From assembly GCA_020137815.1 (NCBI GenBank), contig CM035355.1, positions 7,626,001 to 7,690,000 of the forward strand: a stretch of 64,000 bases of DNA, in the 5' to 3' direction. The notes under the pieces are model-generated. The model made no database searches. It was not told the DNA's origin and worked only from the letters and a program-made list of their open reading frames with translations. Both the position numbers and the translations under genes were made by a program. Position 1 is the first letter of the stretch. Each line of letters begins with the position of its first letter. Positions 55,101 through 64,000 of this stretch are shown here, in pieces. The DNA comes from Hormiphora californensis (taxonomy: Eukaryota; Animalia; Ctenophora).

Positions 55101-58100
55101 ACCCTCCTCTGCTGACGAAGAAGAGACGTCCTCATCCTCCTCTCGGCCCCCTCCCCCGGTCCCCATGGAAGCATGGACAACAGAGGCGAGATATGTCTGT
55201 GAAGTCCTCATACGACGGTCTCAGGACGAGGATTCAATGGTAGGTTTCATATTTTCTAACCCAAGGTTCTGTTGTGTGACGTTGTACGGGAGAGAAAGCG
55301 GGAGAGAGAAGGAGAGAGAAGGAGAGAGAGAGAGAGAGAGAGACGGAGTCAGAGAGAGAGAGAGCGGGAGACGAGAGTTCTGATGTTGTTGCACAATTCT
55401 ATTCCTGGAGTTCTAGTCAATGAAAACTTGCTGTAACGCGCGGGTTGAGTGAGGGTCGGGTATGTGGCGCTAAAACGCGCACACGTACCATCATGATACA
55501 CACACGCAGACACGATTTGTAAATTGATGCTTGTTAATTGAACATGCATTAATTTAGAACTTCGAATTTAAAAAAGTAGCCATTAGGTAAATCCATCTAT
55601 AGCATGGAAGCAGGAACTGGATTTTGAAGATTAATTCTGGTAGTGACTTGAGATGTCTCAACTCAATGGCCAACTCAATAATTAGCGGAAGAATCTTGCC
55701 TCATTCATTTCGCCCCTCATTCATTGCAAAGATAAATGTATGATTTCTTAAGTATAGTACCGTATGAGTACAGCTATCAATTTGAGATGCATTAACTTGT
55801 AGTTTAAAAAGGACCAGAAGGATTCGATCTGCATGATATCTGATATCTAGCTTGATATTGAGTTCCGAGTTCGTGATATAATATACACGATGCTACACAA
55901 AATGTAGGGAGAGTTCGTGATATTCGCAATTTCGCGTGTCTAAAGTACACCCCAAACTACTATGTCCCTCACTCGGGTTTTGTAAAATTTCCCACGGTCA
56001 TAACTCCACTCCCTGATGAGATAGAAACTTGAAATTTGTTTTGTAGGAAGAACTCGACATGATCTCCTCACAAAACAAATTTCAAGTCTCTATCTTATCA
56101 GGGGGTGGAGCTATGGCCGTCTAAAATCCGGTCGCGCGCAGCAAGGGACATAGTAGTTTGGGGGGACCTTTAGAGAGTGGTGGTTGTATGTGATGTAGAA
56201 AGTGAGACATGAGAAAGGTAACCAATACGACGCCAGCACCTACTGATACTTCCATGGAAAATCTGACATTGATGTTGTTTTAGGCTAACTTGTTCCTGGG
56301 GGGGGGGGGGGGGGGGCGTATCAGTATACAATGTGAGACGTGTGATGGAATTCCAAGTCGGATTTTGCAATAAACATCACCCAGGTACGAGTTTATTTAT
56401 CAGACACTGACTGTACAATGTGTACATCGCACGTGTACATCACAAGTGTCTTTGTCGACACAAAAAACACAAATAGTTGTGAGTTCTGCAAATTTAAAAC
56501 ATGCAATAGAATCATTGCTTTTCTTTTGGTAAAGTAGAATCTTCATTGAACATTTGAGTTTAAATTCTGAGAGTAATGGCCGTTCAATTGAGTTTTTACT
56601 TTACCATTTAAAACAATACAGTGCCTCGTTTATAAAGGAAAATGTTCCTCACGGCTCATGCTACAAAGTCTTCGTTTTAACAAAGATACAAAATCAAATG
56701 CCCACACAGGCCTGGTAACAGTCTGTCAGAGCATTGGCCTGACCTTATATTCTCATTTCTTCAAATAAGAGCGCACGAGAACTGTGGTGAGAGCATTGGC
56801 CTGACAGCTAATGATAAGTAGGTTAGATGGCCTGTGTGTGCATTTGTAATAATTTTAGTGTATTTGGCTCTCTCTCCCAGTGTCACTCGTTGAGTATTCC
56901 ATAACAAATTGTTTCCACTACCTCCAACCTCGCCTGTTTCTCCACTTTATACCATCCAACTCAGTTTTATCCAGATACATATCAAATCCTCATGATTTCC
57001 TCCATACATTCCTCAGTTGCTTATCCTCCAACTCAGTGACAGAGCATCTTCCCATCGATTCTCATATACCGCTCCAAAAAGAAGATAACAATATTCTCCT
57101 TCATGAACTTCTGTAACTCCTTCACCTCAAGATTCTCCTGTGTCACCTTGTTGTCAATGACAACCCTGCCCTTCTGCACACTCGCAGTAAGGAGAGTCTG
57201 AACTCCGCCGTCCTGTAGCTGTGGAGACTCAATCACTAACTGACCCGATCTGATGGCTATTTGTCCGGGACGGTTATTGAATCCCGGCCACATGACCTTG
57301 TACCCAAAAGCAAATCTGAATGGTTTGATGATCAGTTTGTAAAGTTCACGAGGGCAGCAGGAGAAACTCTCGATCTCCTTTCGGGATAGTCGGCTGGCCT
57401 TCTTGCAGTAGGTAACCCACAATTGTTCATCGTGTACAAGTTGAGCAAAATCAGTGCAGACAAGGGAGATTTGGAAGGCGTCACCTGGTGTTAGGTACTC
57501 GAATATTTTCTGCCATATCTCGATGGGTAGGGTGCGCTGCTGGTGATAGCAATGTGCCTGGTTTCGCATGATACAAAAGTGCTAGAAGGGGAAGTGTTGT
57601 TATCAGTAAATTGTATTTGAGAAGTACTCGCCGCTGCAACGAATTTTCCTAAGAAGCGTTTGTGAAAGTAGTTGAACGAAAGAATGGAAAAGTTCCAATA
57701 GAGAGTTAGATGAAGTACTCAACAGACAACAAGTAACATGTAGATTGTAGAAGCAGATATATATGTTCCGAAGAACAATTCTCAGATTTTCAGTGAGAAC
57801 AGATCAGAAGTGACAGCAGTAAATACTGGCATTTAAAAAGAAAGGCAATATGGTACGTTATACGTAGCTAGGAGAGTGGAGAGTGAAAAAGACAGTGAGG
57901 TAGATACGACAGCTGTTCTGCTGTTATAATATTTAAAGTTTGGATCATAGAATGACAGCTGACTCATAGTAGGATTATAGGGGATGATAGAGACAACGAG
58001 TAGTAGCTAGGGAATGAAAGAGTAGAAAGCTAAGGAGAATGAGGGGAAGCTGGAAGGAACGCACACATGCTGAATGTACCGCCTAACTAATTACACAGAT

Positions 58101-61100
58101 TGCACTATGCGACAGCATGCATTCAAGAATGAGAGAGGATGGACTTGTTGAGTACAAGAAAGAAATATGTCAAGAGATATTTATAAGATCCCTACTTAGT
58201 ATACTTGCCTCTCAATAGCACCTAATATAACGGCTATACAGGCGCTAGAATTCGGTAAACTTACTGGCACTGATCCAATACTATCGCATGTATCATGGAA
58301 GAGAGACAGAGAACTGTATTTTGAAAGGGAAGGAAGAGATGGTATCCCCTCCTCCCTAACTCTTATTTCTATAGAATTGAACACAGGAATTAGATTGGAC
58401 TACACTATATATATCTGTATCACGTACAAAACTTTGTGAGTGAAATCACGTACTGTAACACACAACTGATATAAATCAAGAAGCAGATATGTATCGGACG
58501 AAAAGAGCCGGCTCTTTCATTTGATCTATAGGAATTGGTATAGGTTTTCCATAGAATGCCTTTCATGGTTAGCCATGTGATTTCAAGAAAGGCAAGCTAT
58601 TAATCGAATCAGGTACAGGTTGTCAGGTATGGCAGTGACACGTGAAAAACAACACACCCTCATTATAATAGTCATTATGGTTGGTCGTATATTAGCTTGT
58701 GCTGTTGCACCTCCCCCGCGCCCCCCGAACAATACAAATATTAGCTAACGAGGTCATTGGGCGCTATAATTATACACAGTTGTCAGTTACAGCGTGAGTG
58801 AAGAGTAATCATAAAGTTAGGAGATATCGGGATATGTAGCAGCAAAAACCAATTATAGTCGGGGCGAATCTTAATTTTTTGACACACTATTTGGTGAAAA
58901 GCAAAATCCGGTTGTAACCCACCTATTTTGACCCGCTGAACACGATCCCGTCCATAGGTAAGCTCGCAAAAGTGAAGAAAATGCCCAAATCGGCCACGCC
59001 CTTTTACCTGTATTTTCAGCCTGTAGCCAAAAACATAAATCCTCTTAGAATAGGAGTAAAGACAAATCTGAGGGCACTAAAGTGATCAGCGCCCTCGCAT
59101 TAGTGGGGGTAGGTGCTGGAATTAAGTCTCTATCTCATCTGGTTAATTAGATAATTGGATAATTAGGTTTGCGCATAACCGTTTTTTGGCTATATGGCTA
59201 TAGCCACTTAGGAATGGTTTAGAGACTTTTCACTGGCGCCATTTTGTAGGCAATAGCCAAGTTATGGGGGGTCGACGTCTGACTTTTAAGCTCTATCTCC
59301 AACCGTTTAGCCGTTATTGGGCTTAATCGATGCTCAAAATGAGCGAAAAACGGTAAAAAGCCCGATTTTGAGCATCGTTTAAGCCAAATAACGGCTAAAC
59401 GGTTGGAGATAGAGCTTAAAAGTCCGACGTCGACCCCCCATAACTTGGCTATTGCCTACAAAATGGCGCCAGTGAAAAGTCTCTAAACCATTCCTAAGTG
59501 GATATAGCCATATAGCCAAAAAACGCTTAAGCACAAACCTAATTATCCAATTATCTAATTAACCAGATGACATAGAGACATTCCAGCACCTACCCCCACT
59601 AATGCGAGGGCGCTGATCACTTTAGTGCCCTCAGATTTGTCTCTACTCCTATTCTAAGAGGATTTATGTTTTTGGCTACAGGCTGAAAATACAGGTTAAA
59701 GGGCGTGGCCGATTTGGGCATTTTCTTCACTTTTGCGAGCTTATCTATGGACGGGATCGTGTTCAGCGGGTCAAAATAGGTGGGTTACAACCGGAATTTG
59801 CTTTTCACCAAATAGTGTGTCAACCACTTCTTTTTGTGAGAGATTCGCCCCGACTATTAAAAGAGAAAGGAGAAAGAATTTAAACAGAGTTGTTGAGTAA
59901 CAATAACGGAGAGAAATATGGGATACTAAACATCACAAGTCATATTATTTATGGGATACTAATCCTCACAAGTTATATTATTTACGCATCACACATCTAT
60001 CATATTGGGCAGATGCCAACAAAGGAACACTATAACCCGACAATAATTACACCGCATAACATATCATGTTACACAATATATTATCCGGTTTCTAGGTAAT
60101 ATTTATGTATGTAATGGTCCATTATACCGTATACTAATTACTTATATACTCATGTACCATTATTCTGTGTGGCACTGGCAAGATCATCATCACATGACAC
60201 ACACATGTCGAAGCAAACAACGGTCGACGAAACTCAAAAGTGAGCCCACTCATTCTGCTTAGAACAATGAATTTATCACACATGCCTTTGTTTTTATTGC
60301 TATCTTTCTATTCTGGCTGAATAGTAATAAACGGAATGTAACATTAATTAAGTCACGTAAATTTTCCCACAAAAGAAACTAAAAAGCAAATTCGAATTAG
60401 TACACGAAATATACCGTCATTTTATGATAATGGTCAATGACATGAACTTCAACCACAACTAACCTTGTTTTGTTCAAACCGGGGAGGGAGGGAGGGTCGA
60501 ACAAGGCAAAACTAACCGATTACATTTCAGTGGACCGATCTGCGAATAGCCATGTTAGGAAATGTGGATGCAGGGAAAAGTACGCTGTGTGGGGTCCTAA
60601 CCCACGGGGAGCTGGACAATGGGTCGGGGAAGGCACGGTTGAACCTATTCAGGCATCTTCACGAGATTCAGAGCGGGCACACCTCCTGTATTAGCAGGGA
60701 GATACTGGGGTTTAACAAACACGGCACGGTAAGTTGCATTAGCAAAGCAATGAATTGTAGAAGTGATTCAGAGAGAATATAAAGTGGGCTATTTTGCCCA
60801 AATATTCATCCTAACAAACTCACTGTTATTTATTGATTTATTTAATTATTTATTTTCAGATGTTTAACTATGAAAACCACAGTATTGAGAGTATCCTGGA
60901 CAATTCCTCCAAGATCATTACCTTTATCGACCTGGCGGGTAGCCAGAAATACCTCAAAACGACCCTATTCGGACTAACCGGACACTGTCCTGATTATGCT
61001 GCCTTAGTTGTCAACTCAAAACAGGGATTGGGTAAGTAACAGGAACCGACCGAATCAGGAAATACTGGTCCCTGATTGGCTGATAACCAGTCACATGACC

Positions 61101-61545
61101 TAAATAACGAATTCTGATTGGTTGTTTACCTGGTCCGGTCGGTTCCTGGTAATACAATAACACGTACATCGTTTCCCTTTACTTGCTCTACCTCCAACCT
61201 ACCTCTCTCTCGCCGCACCCCACGAAAAATGAACATAATATATGTAATGACTAAAAGTGTACAGAGGGATGGAAGGGAGGGCGAGGGATTGTACGTTGCC
61301 CCTAGCAACAACTATGATCATGTACACTATGTGTTGCATACATAATAACTTAGAATTTAGATGGATTGAGAGGTTTAATGAAACGTCGAAAAAGGCCTTT
61401 TTCAAATACGGAAATAAATTTTTCAAAAAATTTGGAAATTTGGCAAAAAAATAAAGGTTCAGTTGGGAGGCTTTAAAAACCACTCTTCCATTTGCATGGT
61501 GTGGATCTTAGTCAAATTTATAAATCACGGAAAACACTACCGGGG

Positions 61546-61584
<39 letters not shown>

Positions 61585-62480
61585 AGAGGGAGAGAAGAGA
61601 GAGAAAAGAGAAGAGAGAAAAAGAGAGAGGGAGATTTTAAAGATAGGGATTCAGACATAGAAGTATTAGAGTGTACAAAAAAAATAATTACAGCAAAAAG
61701 GAATATAAACAAAGGAAAAATACAGTCATTTAATGCTAGTAGTTTGACCAAAAATCGACCTTCAATGGTTTTTCAAAAGAATGAAGGTGAAGAGCAGCAA
61801 AAAAAAAAACTTACTCTTCCCCCTCCCCTCTCTCTCTCCCCCCCCCCCCCCCTCCCCCCCCCCTCTTCTCTCTCTTTTTCCTTTCCCCTCTCTCGTTTTT
61901 TTCTCTTTTTCTCTCCCCTCTTTTCCTCCCTTTTCTTCTCTTTTTCTTCTGCCCTCTCTTTTTTCTCCCTCTCTCTCTCCCCCCCCCACCCCCCTCTTGG
62001 TTTTTTTTGGAAATGGGGGTTCACGAAATTAAATTTGTAGAGTTTCAGAATGGATAGAACCTTCTCACCACCCCCCCGCCCCCCCCTTTCTTTCCTTTTT
62101 TTTTTTAAAAATGTTTTTCTCTGTATCATTCTCCCTCTCTCTCTCCCTTTTTCTCTTTTTTCCGTCGAAAACCCGAAGTTCCTTCAATGAAAATCAAAAA
62201 AAAAAATTTTTTAGAACACTCCCAATTTTTTTTTCTCAGTGTCTCTCTTTCTTTTCTCTCTCCTCTTTTTTTGTTCCTCCAAAAAAATTTTGAGCAGGAA
62301 AAAAAGGGGGTTTTTGTTAAATTCAGGTTTAAAAACCCTCGATTTCAGTTGGGGCTTCAGGGAGCATCTTGGTTTTACTGTGGCCCTAAAAGTGACTCCC
62401 CTTTCTGATCACCCAAAAGACGGGGCACCCACCCAAAACCCAAGGTATAGTGTACCCCCTTTTTCCCTTTTCTATCAGTA
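52176..62480 (+). CDS. GTPBP2: GTP-binding protein 2 (translational GTPase), partial; exons 52176-52287, 54990-55239, 60531-60728, 60860-61031, garbled exon ~62348-62480
   Basis: [56 protein letters not shown] (GTPBP2-type rather than GTPBP1), [26 protein letters not shown]; exon phases compatible. Confidence 0.9.
52563..53192. mobile_element. Two abutting TATA-flanked MITEs (~52563-53012 and ~53009-53192)
   Basis: TATAGACCCCGC...GCGGGGTCTATA and TATAGAACACAACTCCCTCC...GGAGGGAGTTATGTACTATA. Confidence 0.65.
53214..54891. mobile_element. 1.68-kb non-autonomous DNA transposon, TA-flanked
   Basis: TIR GGGTAGACCGGGGTAATTTGGACGG; subterminal GGGGCAAT/ATTGCCCC repeats; no transposase ORF. Confidence 0.88.
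55943..56170. mobile_element. MITE, family of 40647-40887
   Basis: CCCCAAACTACTATGTCCC...GGGACATAGTAGTTTGGGG; shared core. Confidence 0.8.
57033..57569 (-). CDS. Intronless F-box protein nested antisense in a GTPBP2 intron; C-terminus possibly truncated
   Basis: [42 protein letters not shown] fits the F-box consensus. Confidence 0.78.
   Translation of the reverse strand: MRNQAHCYHQQRTLPIEIWQKIFEYLTPGDAFQISLVCTDFAQLVHDEQLWVTYCKKASRLSRKEIESFSCCPRELYKLIIKPFRFAFGYKVMWPGFNNRPGQIAIRSGQLVIESPQLQDGGVQTLLTASVQKGRVVIDNKVTQENLEVKELQKFMKENIVIFFLERYMRIDGKMLCH
58856..59856. mobile_element. 1-kb near-perfect fold-back element, TTA TSD
   Basis: TTA|TAGTCGGGGCGAATCT...AGATTCGCCCCGACTA|TTA; ~480-bp arms, short loop near 59350. 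Confidence 0.92.
61040..61148. mobile_element. 109-bp MITE (CAG...CTG ends, hAT-like) just after a GTPBP2 donor
   Basis: TIR CAGGAACCGACCG...CGGTCGGTTCCTG. Confidence 0.85.
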
Positions 62481-64000
62481 GCATTTTTTTATCCATCTAG
62501 TTTTCTTACAATACTATCGAAAGTCGAAAAAATACATTTTACGAGCTCACATTTTACCCCACATTGCTTGGTAACCGGTTGACTACACCAAAAAAAATTT
62601 CAGATTAAATGCAGATCGATCATACTAAAAGGGCCAGCGGTGAAACGACCTGCCGTTTAGTACAGTCCCCGGGTGATCGGAGAGGCGGCTCAAAAAAAAA
62701 AGACAGGGTTTTTTTTAAAAATGAAGAAAAAGAGAATTATGAATTAGAATGAGAGGGAGAAGGGGGAAAAAAAAGAAAAGGGGAAGGGGGAGAGAGAAGA
62801 GAAAAAGAAAGGGGGGAAAACCCAGGGGGAAAAAGGGGGGGGGGAAAAAGGGGGAAAGGGGGGGGGGGGGGGGGGGGGTTTGGGGGGGAAAGGGGGGGGG
62901 AGGGGGGGGGGTTTCCCAAAAACATTTGTTTTTTTTGGGAAAAACAACCAAAAAAAAAAAAAAAAAGGGGTTCCCTTTAGATTTTTTCTTCAGGAGGGCC
63001 GGGGCAAATGGGGAAGTGGCGGGGGGGTGGGTGAATTTAAAACTTGCGGAGGGGGGGGGATTTTGGGAGGGAGCCTTTTAAGGGAAGAATGGGAGAGAGG
63101 AGGGAAGCTGGAAAAGACAATAAAAAGGGGTGAGGAGGGAGAAAAATAAAACAACTTGGGGAAAGGACCAAAGGTACTTAATATTTGTTTTTCTCTACAC
63201 AAAACAACACCTCCTCAATCTCCCTTTCTAGATCTTCCTTTTTAGCTCTAATAAATTGGGATTTTTCCCCCGGTAGAACCCTTATTTTCTTTTGGGTGGG
63301 GGGTTTTTGGAGGGGAGGGGTTTTTCTTGAAGAAAAATTTGGGGAGACTGAAAAAGGGGAACTGTCGTGACAGCATAAATTTTTTTAAACATGGAAAGTT
63401 GGGGGGGGTTTCCCCCATCTGGCCCCCTTTGGGGGAAGGGGGAAAAATTTTCAAAACAAAAGGCACCAAAACCGTTCAAAGTATATGTCTCCCCCTCATT
63501 TTTTTTTTTTTTTTCTATCTCTCGGGGTAGTGGGTTTTCCCCGGTTTCCCCATGCCCAAAGGGAAACCCACCCCTTTCGCAGTAGAACAACCAAAAAATG
63601 GGATTTTGGAAAAGGGGCCCTGGGTTTTTTTAAAAATCTGTTTTTTCCCTATGGCCAACATACCCCCCCCCATTTCCCCTTCTGGGGGGGGGGGGGTTGC
63701 TTTGAATTGGTAGCATAAAAAAGGGTTTCCGGTTTGAAACTCCCTTCCTTCCCCCCATTCCCCACCTGTTTTTTGGGTCTGGGTTCCCTTTGCAAAAAGA
63801 ATTGTCGTCCAACAATGGGGAAAGGTTTGGGGGTTTTTTTAAGTTAAGAACCCGGCCTTTGGGGGGTGGAGGGGAAATTTGAGAGTAAGGGGGGAAAATA
63901 ACTCCCACAAAAAAACAAAATGTTTGTGTTAGGGTAACCAGTAAAGAAGGGGCCCCAAAAGGGGAAAAGTTGGGGTTTTAATTGTTGCTAAAAAAGATAA
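61350..64000. other. Low-quality, unpolished consensus
   Basis: Pervasive homopolymer expansion; garbled GTPBP2 exon; only low-complexity ORFs. Confidence 0.85.

Noticed and set aside
61350-64000. Pro/Gly/Lys/Phe-rich ORFs and G-quadruplex-like runs
   Set aside because: Homopolymer-inflated, low-quality consensus

Overview
Eukaryotic (animal) genomic DNA with GT-AG introns. It is most consistent with a ctenophore such as Pleurobrachia/Hormiphora; this is an inference from gene families and repeat style, not proven. The consensus is error-prone: there is an N-gap at 10171-10270, many homopolymer frameshifts, and an unpolished tail beyond ~61350. Left third: a birth-and-death cluster of four single-exon orphan class A-like GPCR copies (one intact, one split by a MITE, one partial and inverted, one frameshifted), an LDLa-repeat GPCR split by an ORF1-only retroposon, and truncated CR1/L2-like LINEs. 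Middle: Rab6 (+), a secreted lectin-like beta-sandwich gene (-) and a 4-exon GPI-anchored Ly6/uPAR gene (-), the last two missed by the ORF track. Right: procollagen lysyl hydroxylase PLOD (-) and GTPBP2 (+) head to head, both lacking 5' exons here, plus a nested F-box gene. MITEs, fold-backs and satellites are abundant. Most unusual signals: (1) tandem amplification of whole 3' splice-site/exon-start units carrying in-frame stops in two genes, (2) a HAL1-like ORF1-only retroposon with a CR1-type 3' hairpin and tail, (3) an intron bounded by a 10-bp direct repeat, (4) GPCR duplication breakpoints that fall in one nested short-element cassette.
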